In this document: positions 18,674 to 27,966 of the stretch, piece after piece
Numbering within the stretch: the stretch's first letter is position 1
How the letters are laid out: every line of letters starts with the position of its first letter
From: an uncultured virus (IMG/VR IMGVR_UViG_3300010234_000006)
Lineage: Duplodnaviria > Heunggongvirae > Uroviricota > Caudoviricetes
Virus record (IMG/VR): IMGVR_UViG_3300010234_000006
Reading direction: 5' to 3' (one strand)
Length of the DNA: 64,000 nucleotides
Notes under the pieces: model-generated
The model's database searches: none
Told to the model about the DNA's origin: nothing
What the model saw: the letters and a program-made list of their open reading frames with translations, nothing else
Position numbers and translations under genes: made by a program

Positions 18674-19375
18674 ATGCCCCGTACTCATTCGAACACCAGC
18701 TCGCCCGGCGCAACGCCCCGGTCGGTCATCATCACCTCGGCGGATCTCGCCGCCCTCAACCTCGAGCCCGCCGACTCTCGCGACATCGGTTGCTTCGCTC
18801 GTCTCGCAGACGATTCCGTCTACCAGTGCATCGCCTCCGACGGCAGCACCGGCACCTGGGTTCCCGTGACCGCAGCCTCCACGCCTCCCGCTGCTCAGGA
18901 CACAACCCCGGCCGTGATTGACGACCAAGGTATCGCCTTGGTCGATGCCGAAGCAGCTGGCGCAGACATCGACGTCAACCTCCCCTTGGACGGCGCTCGG
19001 TTCGACGGCCAGGTCGTTCAGGTCATCGATGTTGGGACAGGCGTGACCTACGACGCCATTCTGAATGTCGTCGTCCCCACCACCATCATCGGCCCCTCGG
19101 AGACCGATGCAAGCGATGTGGCTCTCGGGGAGCACGTTGTGACCGCGAAGTACTTCGCGGGTCTCGACGCGTGGGTTACCTCNNNNNNNNNNAAGGTCAC
19201 CATCGCAAACATCGATGATGGCAATGCGGCCACCGCCGTTCCGACTGGACCCGCAACCATCGTGGGTCCTGCTGTCACGGCACTCGAGGCGGCTGGTCAT
19301 CACGTTCTCTCTCTCGTCTTCTTCGCCAGCTTGGGTGGCGGAAACGGCGTCTGGATCAGCTCCTTCGGTTGGTGA
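18674..19375 (+). CDS. Fibre/spike-like beta-rich protein (spans a 10-N assembly gap)
   Basis: RDIGCFARLADDSVYQC..W module; strong RBS; terminator downstream. Confidence 0.55.
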   Translation: MPRTHSNTSSPGATPRSVIITSADLAALNLEPADSRDIGCFARLADDSVYQCIASDGSTGTWVPVTAASTPPAAQDTTPAVIDDQGIALVDAEAAGADIDVNLPLDGARFDGQVVQVIDVGTGVTYDAILNVVVPTTIIGPSETDASDVALGEHVVTAKYFAGLDAWVTXXXXKVTIANIDDGNAATAVPTGPATIVGPAVTALEAAGHHVLSLVFFASLGGGNGVWISSFGW

Positions 19376-19403
19376 TTCGAGCTCGTTCAGAAAGGACGCA
19401 CTG

Positions 19404-19441
19404 AGCCCCTCTCGAACTCGGATTCGGCGAGGGGCTTTTTC
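19404..19441 (+). terminator. Intrinsic terminator
   Basis: AGCCCCTC...GAGGGGCT TTTT. Confidence 0.7.
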
Positions 19442-19473
19442 GAATCATTCACCTCTCTCAGTAGGAGAAATTC

Positions 19474-20172
19474 ATGGCTATCAATAGAATCCTCGGAACG
19501 AAGAGAATCACGGCGAATGCACGCGTGCTCGTCGCGGATACTCTTGCTGAGGTCTTCACCACGCCTCTGTCGAAGTCGGACACGGGCGCTGTCGTCATCG
19601 CGAAAGACACCGATCACGTTTACATCATCAAGTCTGTCAGTCCGACAACTGGCATCGCGTCGATCGCATCCGTCGACAACGCGGCCATCACCGACTTGCT
19701 GATGACCGGGATTGGAGCTTCTGCCGTTGGTCCTACCTTCGTCATCTACGGCTCCACCCCGGCGTTCGTTCCCATCACGGGCCTCGTCCAGAAGTCCGTG
19801 ATCAGTTCTGGGGTTGGTGCTGACTTCGGGGTAACGACTCCGAATCGGTACACAATCAATGGTCCCGACCTGGACGCTCCGTGGAAGCGCTGGTACCGGA
19901 TTGACTTCCATGCTGTCGTCGAGACGGTCGGCGGTGCGGCAACGGGCGCGTCTGTCACGCTGAACAAAGACCCGGATGGTGCGAACACAATCCTCGCCGA
20001 CGCGGTCATGCCGGCCGTTGGAGCTGCTGGATTGTTCAGCCTGTCCGGAAGCGCCTTGATCGACTTGGCGCAAGGGGATGACTTGGAGTTCAAGCTCGCA
20101 TCTGGAACAAACCAGACGATCAACTTCAAGAGCTTCACCTCCGTCCTTTCGTACGAAGGCTTCGGGCTCTAG
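19474..20172 (+). CDS. Fibre/spike-like protein with C1q/TNF-like C-terminal domain
   Basis: SDTGAVVIAKDTDHVYII module; YRIDFHAVV...SALIDLAQGDDLEF. Confidence 0.55.
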   Translation: MAINRILGTKRITANARVLVADTLAEVFTTPLSKSDTGAVVIAKDTDHVYIIKSVSPTTGIASIASVDNAAITDLLMTGIGASAVGPTFVIYGSTPAFVPITGLVQKSVISSGVGADFGVTTPNRYTINGPDLDAPWKRWYRIDFHAVVETVGGAATGASVTLNKDPDGANTILADAVMPAVGAAGLFSLSGSALIDLAQGDDLEFKLASGTNQTINFKSFTSVLSYEGFGL

Positions 20173-20429
20173 TTCATCGACCTGTCTGGTCCGGTGTAAA
20201 TCATCAAAGTGCGAGCCCGGCGGGCGATGTCGACAAGCTTCACATCGTCCCCGGCCTCGCACTTTTCACATAGGGCGAAGAACTTGATCTTCACCAAGGA
20301 CTCTCCGTACATCAGGTGTACCGGGAGGCTGTCTGGGACGCGGTACCAATCCCACGTATCTCCGTCATGGCCGCACGTGAGGAACGCATCGCCGTTGTCC
20401 ATCAGGTCATCAAAGCCCAGCTCACTCAC
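20169..20429 (-). CDS. Small Zn-binding hypothetical protein
   Basis: TCGH...LCEKC; GTGA coupling. Confidence 0.5.
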   Translation of the reverse strand: MSELGFDDLMDNGDAFLTCGHDGDTWDWYRVPDSLPVHLMYGESLVKIKFFALCEKCEAGDDVKLVDIARRARTLMIYTGPDRSMN

Positions 20430-21145
20430 GGCTTCGACCCCCACGCGATGATGTATCGGGGCTTGTCCCTTACGACGATGGCCTCTGACTGGACGCCAGA
20501 AACGCCGGCCTCGGTGAGCAGGGCCGAGATCTGCTCTCGGGAGTATCCGCGCATGAAGAGCTCGCCGTTGAAGAGAACGCCGTCCCCCCACTTCTTGACG
20601 TTGCTACCCTTGGCCTCGAGCTCGCGCTGGCGAAAGCGAAGACGGCTTTCGGTGATCACGCTGACCACAACGGGCGCGCCGGGCCTGAGGTAAGACAGGA
20701 GCTCCTTCACGGCGTTGACCCTTCCTTCGGGCGTCGGGATGACATCGAGCACGAAGGAGAGCTGCCCGTACTCGAACGAACCCTTGTCCGCGGGCTTCTC
20801 CGGACTCCAGTGTGGGTCGTACCCGAAGGCCTCGACCCCAGCGGATCGCATGTGAATGAGGTCATCACCCTGACCACTTCCCCAGTCGAGAGCCGGCGTT
20901 CTCAGGAGCTTGTTGTCGAGCGCAAAGCGAAGGGTCGGTGACGGCGTGTCGCGCGGTGCGGCAGTGAGGCCCGCAGCACGGCCGCTGGGACGGTCTCGTG
21001 TGATGTACAGGAATGTGCCGATGCCGCCGGCCGTGAGAGCTGTCTGCCACCATTTTGGAGCGAAGCGACCCGTCTTTGGATCTTTCGACTCCTGGTAGTA
21101 GTAGGTGAGCCCTGAGAGGGCGACGCCGAGCTTCCAGAGGTCCAT
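20426..21145 (-). CDS. SAM-dependent methyltransferase with hydrophobic N-terminus (paralog of 3327-4670)
   Basis: ALDWGSGQGDD, FGYDP, SFVLDVIP..GR. Confidence 0.8.
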   Translation of the reverse strand: MDLWKLGVALSGLTYYYQESKDPKTGRFAPKWWQTALTAGGIGTFLYITRDRPSGRAAGLTAAPRDTPSPTLRFALDNKLLRTPALDWGSGQGDDLIHMRSAGVEAFGYDPHWSPEKPADKGSFEYGQLSFVLDVIPTPEGRVNAVKELLSYLRPGAPVVVSVITESRLRFRQRELEAKGSNVKKWGDGVLFNGELFMRGYSREQISALLTEAGVSGVQSEAIVVRDKPRYIIAWGSKP

Positions 21146-21151
21146 GGTTGT

Positions 21152-21745
21152 CTACACCTTGATGTGAGAGGCGTGGGTGTTGAGCCAGTCGATGGCGTAC
21201 TGCGAAACGTCGTCGAGGATCGCGCCTTGCTCGATGGCTCGTCGGCTCATCTCGAGGTAGCTCTTCGCGTAGTCGATGTGGCTTTGCTCGAGCGCGTAGC
21301 TCTTGAGGAGTGAGGAGAGATACTCGGGCGAGTAGTGCCTTCGGATCTCACCGAATCTCCAGAACGCGAGGTGCATGTTGACGCGGTACGCCTCGGCCTC
21401 GTAGGTGGCGCGCGCTGTCTTGTCGAAGAGGTACTTCCCGCTGAACACGGCGAGACCATCACGTCGCGCCTGGACGACGTGAAGGCATTCATGGGCACAG
21501 GTCCCAATCTGCTGCCAGCAGTCGAGCTCGCTCCCCTCGCCTGGGATGAAGGGGGTGTAGATCTCACTCCCGAGCGTTGTGGAGAACCGCGTGAGGAACG
21601 CATCTCCATCCAGAACACCAATGGTGTCGAGGACATGGGAGATTGCCTTCATCGCCTCAGAGTTCTCTTTCTGGACAAGGTTTGCGTTGAAGTGGTGGAG
21701 CATGTCCTTCCAGAAGGCCTTGCTCAATTTGCTCATGGCGTTCAT
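21152..21745 (-). CDS. HExxH zinc metallopeptidase-like protein
   Basis: FSTTLGSEIY...AHECLHVVQ...YEAEAY. Confidence 0.7.
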   Translation of the reverse strand: MNAMSKLSKAFWKDMLHHFNANLVQKENSEAMKAISHVLDTIGVLDGDAFLTRFSTTLGSEIYTPFIPGEGSELDCWQQIGTCAHECLHVVQARRDGLAVFSGKYLFDKTARATYEAEAYRVNMHLAFWRFGEIRRHYSPEYLSSLLKSYALEQSHIDYAKSYLEMSRRAIEQGAILDDVSQYAIDWLNTHASHIKV

Positions 21746-21748
21746 CGG

Positions 21749-21982
21749 TCACTCCTTTGGGAGGCACGTGTGTGTGCCGTCCACATCTTCGCGGCACTCG
21801 AGGCCGACATCGCCGCAGCTCATGACGGTCGTCCACTGCCCATCGGGATCGCACAGCAGTGCGCCTCCGTCATCGTCGCAGGTGGTGGCCTGCGGCTCGC
21901 ACACGGGGCTCTGCGGACCGCAGTGAGCGCACATGAGCGTCGGCGCTATGAATAGTGCTGCGATGATATGAAGGGTGCGCAT
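21749..21982 (-). CDS. Small Cys-rich secreted protein or lipoprotein
   Basis: Signal peptide; CEPQATTC...LLCDPDGQW...C repeat of myxobacterial style. Confidence 0.65.
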   Translation of the reverse strand: MRTLHIIAALFIAPTLMCAHCGPQSPVCEPQATTCDDDGGALLCDPDGQWTTVMSCGDVGLECREDVDGTHTCLPKE

Positions 21983-22056
21983 GGCATGTTCTCCTCTGGG
22001 AGACGAGGACGTTCTTGCCCTCGAGCTTCATCCCGGGAGGAGTCTACCACGAGGCT

Positions 22057-23187
22057 CTAGAGAAGCCCCATGATGGCCGCCCCGATGGTGGCGCCGTAGC
22101 TGTGCGCCCAGCCGTTGCCCACTTGGATGTTCTTGTCTCGGTACGTGCCGGCGAGCTGCAGCTCTGGGAATCCCTGGAGAGCTGCAGCCTCTTTCGGCTG
22201 GATGCGCCGCGGACCTTCGGGGTAGATGGACCGGTCTGCGATGACGAGAGAGCGCCCTCCGCCTACAACTGTGGGCGAGGGCTCGTCCGGTGAGCGAAGG
22301 TGGTGTGCGCGCTTCGCCTTGGCGTTCGACTCGCTCCCCATGAGCGAGCTCGATGTCCACTCGACTCCGGCGATCGTCATCGCCTCACCCCATCCAGGCC
22401 CGTCGTGCTGGAGAGACATCGGGATGTCGATGACCTGGCTGCCCCAGATGTGGAAGAGGCGTCGGCGAGATGTGTATCCACCGTATTCCGAGTCTACGAG
22501 AGAGAATCGCTGACGCTCTCCCTGGGACTTTGCCCACTGAGAGTGAAGCGTTGAGGTGGTCTCCATCACGATGAAGCTCGGAGAGAAGAGCCTGGCGCTC
22601 TCGAGCGCGGGCTCCTTCACGCGTCCTCGAGGGAGAAGGCACGCCTCTTCTCTCACCCATCCGCAACGCCCTCGAGGAAGGTCATCCTGACACGGAGGGC
22701 CAGTCACGACGACGTCGACCTTGGGGAACCTGATGCCAAGCTCGTAGAGCACGAGCAGGTCTTCTACGCCGCACCAGAGCGCGCCTGTGTACGGCGTGGC
22801 GTGGTTCATCGCGAAGGAGGTCACCATGGGCTGCTTGATGTCGACACCGAGGACGACGTCGAAGCCCGCGGTCCGCATTCCGAGAGAAGCCATCCCAGCT
22901 CCGCAACAGAGGTCGACCACGAGAGGGCCATCAGGAGAGGCCTCAGAGAGCCTCTGCAGCCACGCAGTGGCATCCTCCACGAGGAAGTCGTAGTAAACCT
23001 TCCTCGCCCTCTCAGACGAAACTGCGAGCGCTCTCAGCCCATCGTACTCGCGTGTCGCTCTGGCGTGTTCGAAGATTTGACCCTCGAGGGAGGAGTCTCC
23101 CTTCTTGAAGGCCCGTATGGCTTGCGAGTACTTGCGTCCGTTCATCAGTTTGTCCGCTCTGAGATCGTCTTGATGACTGTAACGCAT
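22057..23187 (-). CDS. DNA (cytosine-5)-methyltransferase
   Basis: VDLCCGAG, GPPCQ, SRRRLF, EAAALQGFP, QVGNG. Confidence 0.9.
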   Translation of the reverse strand: MRYSHQDDLRADKLMNGRKYSQAIRAFKKGDSSLEGQIFEHARATREYDGLRALAVSSERARKVYYDFLVEDATAWLQRLSEASPDGPLVVDLCCGAGMASLGMRTAGFDVVLGVDIKQPMVTSFAMNHATPYTGALWCGVEDLLVLYELGIRFPKVDVVVTGPPCQDDLPRGRCGWVREEACLLPRGRVKEPALESARLFSPSFIVMETTSTLHSQWAKSQGERQRFSLVDSEYGGYTSRRRLFHIWGSQVIDIPMSLQHDGPGWGEAMTIAGVEWTSSSLMGSESNAKAKRAHHLRSPDEPSPTVVGGGRSLVIADRSIYPEGPRRIQPKEAAALQGFPELQLAGTYRDKNIQVGNGWAHSYGATIGAAIMGLL

Positions 23188-23618
23188 GCTTGCTTGCAGG
23201 TGCCCGCATCATCGGTGGGCTTGTCGATGAGCTGGAGGTACACCTCGGCGTCGAAGTGTCGCTCGCTCCATGCCCACACCTCGACCTCTGTGATGAGAAG
23301 ACAATCCCCATCGGAGAGAACGACAGGAGTCGATGATGAGCTTCCGTAGTTCTTCTCCTCGCACGCATATGAGCGAGAGGCCTCGGTGTCCCCGAGGACC
23401 AGAGACTCGAACACCTCCACGAGCTCGCTTCCACACGTAGACTCGGTCGATTCGATCTCAACCTCGACAGGCCCCGGTGTTGTCTCGCAGGGCTTGTTGA
23501 GGTCTTCAGCGCATCCGAATAGGAGCACCATCGTCCCCACCACGGCGGCTGCCGTCCAGGCACCGAGCGCCATGAGGAGGAAATCTCGACTCACTAAGAG
23601 CTCTTTGATGAATTTCAT
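23145..23618 (-). CDS. Lipoprotein-like protein
   Basis: Hydrophobic N-terminus ending LFGC. Confidence 0.6.
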   Translation of the reverse strand: MKFIKELLVSRDFLLMALGAWTAAAVVGTMVLLFGCAEDLNKPCETTPGPVEVEIESTESTCGSELVEVFESLVLGDTEASRSYACEEKNYGSSSSTPVVLSDGDCLLITEVEVWAWSERHFDAEVYLQLIDKPTDDAGTCKQACVTVIKTISERTN

Positions 23619-24058
23619 TGTGAGGGCTCCCCTTCTGGATTCTCCTCGAGGAGCAGATTGCCGATGGCGTACTCCTTGGAGAAGATTAAGAGCGTCAGCG
23701 GTTCTCCCTCCCACGAGCCATCTCCGTGCACCTTTTGGAGGAACTTGAATCCGTCCCCTCCCATGTCGTTCATGAGCTGCAGGTTTCCTCCGTAGCCAAT
23801 GCTGCCGCGACGAATTCTGTACGACGCCTTCATCTGAGACATGCCGACCATGTCGCCATCTTCCCGGCCAGCCACGGTGAAGATCTTCTTCGCGAGAAGG
23901 ATGCCGAACCGGCCCTTTCCGTAGAGGACCCTTATCTCATTGAGTTCCCACCCATCACGAACAAAGTTGTTGAGGATCTTCTCGCCAATCTCGACATCCG
24001 TCTCAGCGAAGCTGAAACGATGGTAGCGGAACCTTGGGAAGTGCTCGGTCATTGTCAT
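23615..24058 (-). CDS. Hypothetical protein (tandem 'LN..G.DGWEL' domains)
   Basis: ILNNFVRDGWEL and LMNDMGGDGFKF. Confidence 0.55.
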   Translation of the reverse strand: MTMTEHFPRFRYHRFSFAETDVEIGEKILNNFVRDGWELNEIRVLYGKGRFGILLAKKIFTVAGREDGDMVGMSQMKASYRIRRGSIGYGGNLQLMNDMGGDGFKFLQKVHGDGSWEGEPLTLLIFSKEYAIGNLLLEENPEGEPSQ

Positions 24059-24429
24059 ATCTCCTGAGGCCAGTTGGCCTCCCATCCAACGCCGGGGAGG
24101 GTGAGAAGGTTGAAGCACGGACCGCACGCAAAGGCGATCTCGCGTGTGCCGCGCACCGGCCTCGAGATTCGAACACACCCCTCTTCCCAGAACCCGCAAC
24201 AGTTGCAGTAGAACATGCGACCGTACTTCTCCTCGTTCTCGGGGAGCGATGAGATGTCCGAGAGGCGGTCGGTGTTGAAGAGCTCGTGGCCCGTATCGTC
24301 ATCGACGACATCCATGGGCGGGAGCAATGAAAGCTTCACCCTCACGTCGCGGTCTGCGAGCTCGGAGAGAAGTACGTGACCTCGCTCCTTCCAGAGCTCT
24401 TCCTTGCACCGGAGCTGCTCGCTATCCAT
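24055..24429 (-). CDS. Zn-finger hypothetical protein
   Basis: CNCC...CGPC; coupled. Confidence 0.55.
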   Translation of the reverse strand: MDSEQLRCKEELWKERGHVLLSELADRDVRVKLSLLPPMDVVDDDTGHELFNTDRLSDISSLPENEEKYGRMFYCNCCGFWEEGCVRISRPVRGTREIAFACGPCFNLLTLPGVGWEANWPQEI

Positions 24430-24688
24430 CTTCGCCTCCTTCGCTCGTCTTCTCTGGTGCCTCGCCAAACACATTCGTGGAGCCGAGGAAGACGACAAAC
24501 TCCTCGCCTCCGTCGAGACTCACCTCGTCGTCGTCTCGCATGATGACGACCCGCTTCGGCGTTCCGTCATCCCACTTCGAAGCCACAATCCCAACGATGG
24601 GACGGTAATGCTTCCCGTCGATGTTCACCTTGCCATGCTCGCTTGCGGTGACTCTCCTCACCTTTCTTCTGACTTTCTTCTTCGGCAT
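24422..24688 (-). CDS. Hypothetical protein
   Basis: AAGGAG RBS; coupled. Confidence 0.6.
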   Translation of the reverse strand: MPKKKVRRKVRRVTASEHGKVNIDGKHYRPIVGIVASKWDDGTPKRVVIMRDDDEVSLDGGEEFVVFLGSTNVFGEAPEKTSEGGEDG

Positions 24689-24691
24689 CTC

Positions 24692-25015
24692 TCACTCCTT
24701 TGTTGGTACGCAATACTTGCACTCGCACGGGTTTCCGCTCGGCACGAATTCCTCTGGCGAGGGGAGGAATCCGTCTTCGTCCTCGGGGAACGTCAGGTGG
24801 ACGAAGCAGAAGCACACCGAGCAAACTCCACCTCCCTTCGCTTCGGACTTAACGTAGCGCTTGGAGACGTGGTCTCCGACACATCGCCACGTTGGGTCCT
24901 CCCACCACCGATGGGGTTTTCCCCGCTCTCGCCAGTTGTCACGAGGCTCGTCGATCTTCGCTATCTCGAGGAGGTCTTCCTTGAGCTTCCTGTCGGCCTC
25001 ACTCAGCAACATCAC
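24692..25015 (-). CDS. Cys-rich hypothetical protein
   Basis: WRCVGDH...CSVC...CECKYC. Confidence 0.6.
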   Translation of the reverse strand: MMLLSEADRKLKEDLLEIAKIDEPRDNWRERGKPHRWWEDPTWRCVGDHVSKRYVKSEAKGGGVCSVCFCFVHLTFPEDEDGFLPSPEEFVPSGNPCECKYCVPTKE

Positions 25016-25394
25016 TGCCCTCCGACCACTCTTCTGCTGCTTCCCTTATGCGGCTGAAGGCCTTGTCCCATATGAGCTTCTCCTGCTCCGGAACGTTTTC
25101 TGACCTGCCGTACCCGCTGTACGGAACGTCCATCTGGATCTTGTCGAGCTTACCAAGCAACACCCGGGTCTCGATCCGGCGGCGCTCCCGGCCGGCCGGG
25201 AGCAGATTGATGGCATTCGACCCGTATGCGCGAACGCTCTCAAGCGTCTTCGATGTCGACCTCCAAGCGTCGAACGACCTTTCTTTGGCATCCTCCGCAG
25301 CCTTCTTTGCTCTGTTGGTGCAGATGAGGACATAGAAGGAGAACAGGCAGGCAACCAAGGACAGGGCGAATGAGACGATAACCTCAATCGGCAT
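24999..25394 (-). CDS. Membrane-anchored hypothetical protein
   Basis: N-terminal TM. Confidence 0.55.
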   Translation of the reverse strand: MPIEVIVSFALSLVACLFSFYVLICTNRAKKAAEDAKERSFDAWRSTSKTLESVRAYGSNAINLLPAGRERRRIETRVLLGKLDKIQMDVPYSGYGRSENVPEQEKLIWDKAFSRIREAAEEWSEGSDVAE

Positions 25395-25803
25395 CGCTCA
25401 TCCCCTTCGCTTCTACAGCGTATGCCGTCCATCGAGACTCATGCTTCGAGAGAGACTTGGCCTTGGATGAGATCGCGTCTCGAGCAAACTCGGAGAAGTC
25501 TGCGACGAGTCTCTTGAGAGGCGTAAACGCGTTGCTCCTCATCTGCTGGCCAAGGACGCAGATGTGATAGTGGTGTTCTACCCTCTTGTGCGGGATCGCG
25601 ACCTGGACGGAAACGTATCCGTCAATGCCCAGGCCCTTGAACGAGAACCTGTAGTATTGCTCTTGGTGTGAGCCAGTGCCGTCGCTTGTGATGTGCCAGT
25701 CGAGGTGCCTGAGTAGGTTCGCTTGGTTCGTCTCCCTGAAGGCCTCCTTGATCATGTTCCACCAAACGGCGACCTCGTCGAAATGCTCCATGCTGTTGAT
25801 CAT
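25384..25803 (-). CDS. Hypothetical protein
   Basis: Coupled ORF. Confidence 0.55.
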   Translation of the reverse strand: MINSMEHFDEVAVWWNMIKEAFRETNQANLLRHLDWHITSDGTGSHQEQYYRFSFKGLGIDGYVSVQVAIPHKRVEHHYHICVLGQQMRSNAFTPLKRLVADFSEFARDAISSKAKSLSKHESRWTAYAVEAKGMSDAD

Positions 25804-26117
25804 TCGTAAACCTCCCCATCCTCGACGTGGCGATCGAAGCAATCGCAGTCAATGATGCTGTGATAGCTGTCGTGGAGGACCTTCTCTCGAGCCTTGTCGA
25901 TGCGGTCCATGAGCTTCATCGCATGGAGCCTCTGGGGCCCAACAATGCGACGCGTGATGTTCGTGTTGTGAGGGTTTCCGCCGTCTTTGTCGTAGAAGAA
26001 TGCGGAGACAGCGTCGTAATCGCGCCAGCTGGTTCTGGCGTACTCGCTGTGCAGACTGAGGCCTTCTCTGAGCACTTCGCGCAGCGCATCGAGAAGCTCT
26101 ACGAGCTCTTCGTTCAT
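25800..26117 (-). CDS. Hypothetical protein
   Basis: AAGGAG RBS. Confidence 0.6.
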   Translation of the reverse strand: MNEELVELLDALREVLREGLSLHSEYARTSWRDYDAVSAFFYDKDGGNPHNTNITRRIVGPQRLHAMKLMDRIDKAREKVLHDSYHSIIDCDCFDRHVEDGEVYE

Positions 26118-26150
26118 GATCGTTCTCCTTTGTCTTTGTGGGCCGCTGGG

Positions 26151-26477
26151 TCAGTCCACAAGCTCGAAGAGCTTGAAGCCCACGAGATTAAGAGCGATGT
26201 CCGCGGCGACGTTTGCCGGGCTCTCTGGCTCTCCCCACAGCAGGCTGGGATTCTGCGTGCGGATGGCCTGATCGAGCACCTCGTTTGAGGCGCTCAGCAT
26301 GATGAGCTCGTCAAAAGTAACGCCCATCGCTCGTGCAATTGCTCCCCACGCTACATGAGTGAGGCTCCACTTGTCGAGGGGCTTTCCCTCAAACCCTTCC
26401 TTCCACTTCTCCCAGGGGCCCGGGAGAGTGTTTATTGCTGCGACATAGGCCACGTATGTGAGGATGAACTTTCCCAT
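26151..26477 (-). CDS. Small membrane protein, possible metal-dependent membrane hydrolase-like fold
   Basis: DKWSLTH...NE...E...N..AD...N pattern. Confidence 0.5.
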   Translation of the reverse strand: MGKFILTYVAYVAAINTLPGPWEKWKEGFEGKPLDKWSLTHVAWGAIARAMGVTFDELIMLSASNEVLDQAIRTQNPSLLWGEPESPANVAADIALNLVGFKLFELVD

Positions 26478-26481
26478 CGCC

Positions 26482-26886
26482 TTACTTCTTGTACGCCCCT
26501 TTTCGGCTCGACTTCTTGCTCTTGGTCCTTCCGCCGTGGGCGCCGACGAGCGCGCCGCTCTTCTTGCGACGCGGTTTCTTTCCGGCCGGGGTGATGTCGA
26601 TGATGTCGGGGTCGTCGTTCAGCATCGTCTCGAGCTCGATGTCCATGTCGATCTCCGCGGCCACGAGCTTGAGGCTGTCGATGCCCTGCATGATGAGCTT
26701 CTTGTGCTTGCGGTACCGCTTCGTCTTTGCCTTGCGCACAACCTTCTTGCACTCGTCGAGCGCGCGCATGGCAATCTTACGGCTCTTGTGGACGTCGCCC
26801 TGGCGGTTCAGCTCGGACGCGTGCTGGAACGCCCTGTTGATCCTGCGGATGGAGAGGAGCACCTCGGTGATACTCACGACATTCAT
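26482..26886 (-). CDS. Basic helical hypothetical protein
   Basis: K/R-rich tail. Confidence 0.6.
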   Translation of the reverse strand: MNVVSITEVLLSIRRINRAFQHASELNRQGDVHKSRKIAMRALDECKKVVRKAKTKRYRKHKKLIMQGIDSLKLVAAEIDMDIELETMLNDDPDIIDITPAGKKPRRKKSGALVGAHGGRTKSKKSSRKGAYKK

Positions 26887-27230
26887 CAAAGACTCCCCTT
26901 GAGGATGTGGACCATTGCGTTCTGGGCGACGTCGGACATGTCATCGTACGAGAGCCCATCGGAATCCATGTCGCCCAACAAGATCCCAACGGCGATACCG
27001 ACGGTGTGGACCTGCGAAAGAGTGGCACCTCTCTTCTTCACAAGGTCGAACGAGCGCACTATTCCAGCAGAGAATGCCCGAGCTCGGGCGAGTATTGCCT
27101 TGTCGCTGAGCTTCTTGGTCATCTCCGGCGGGATGTGCTCAATCATGGAGTCGATAGAATTCATGATGAACGCTCGGTCCTCACCCTTCTCCGTGAGGTA
27201 CTCAACGATGCCTTCTCGAAATCTCTTCAT
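26886..27230 (-). CDS. Hypothetical protein
   Basis: TAAGGAG RBS. Confidence 0.6.
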   Translation of the reverse strand: MKRFREGIVEYLTEKGEDRAFIMNSIDSMIEHIPPEMTKKLSDKAILARARAFSAGIVRSFDLVKKRGATLSQVHTVGIAVGILLGDMDSDGLSYDDMSDVAQNAMVHILKGSL

Positions 27231-27288
27231 GGTGTTCTCCTTATTTCCTGGTCGTCACATTGTAGCGCGCCTGAGTGACGCCGCGCCA

Positions 27289-27582
27289 CTAGTATTTGGG
27301 GCCGATGGCGGCGTGTCCGAAGAACTTCTCCAGCTCGAGCAGGCCTCGCTTCAGAGCCATGCGCAGTATCAATTCCTCGCTCTCACCAGAGAAGGTTGAG
27401 AGCGTCTCGGCGAAAGCGATGGTGCGAGGGCTCACCTTGACGGTGAGGTCTTCAGACGGCTGAAGCTCCTTGAGCTTGGCGACCCGCTCCTCGACGGTCC
27501 CTTCACACGAATGGGCCATGCTCAACGGCTCTCCGCAGTGCTTGCATGGCGGGTTCCCAAATCTGTCGAAGACGTCTCTCAT
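27289..27582 (-). CDS. Zn-ribbon plus RHH-like protein
   Basis: CKHC...HSC; LTVKVSP...LILRMAL. Confidence 0.5.
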   Translation of the reverse strand: MRDVFDRFGNPPCKHCGEPLSMAHSCEGTVEERVAKLKELQPSEDLTVKVSPRTIAFAETLSTFSGESEELILRMALKRGLLELEKFFGHAAIGPKY

Positions 27583-27966
27583 CTCATCCCTCCCTTCCCT
27601 TCCCGGCGTGTTTTATTCTCGTGCAGTGACTTGCAGCGCACGATCCCTTCTCGGATGACGTAGCTCACCAGATCTGCTGGGCCGAGGACATTCACGACTG
27701 TCGGGTCCTCCTGTGCCATCTGCATCATGAAGCCCTTGAGCTTGTCGATGTCTCTCTTTCTGAGCTCAAGCACGAAGCGCTCTTCCATATCCAAAGTCTC
27801 CTTCCGTCTTCCATGTTGAAGCAGGCCGCCTTGTAGATGCCAGCACGATATTCGTGGAGGTACTCGATGGCAGCTCGCTCGCTGTGCATTTTTAGGCGAG
27901 CCGTCTTCCCGTCGTGCCTCATCACCGAGACAACCGTCGGCTCATCCCTGTTTGGCCAGCCCACCA

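Noticed and set aside
19183..19192. Run of 10 N
   Set aside because: Assembly gap, not biology; frame continuity of 18674-19375 across it is unverified
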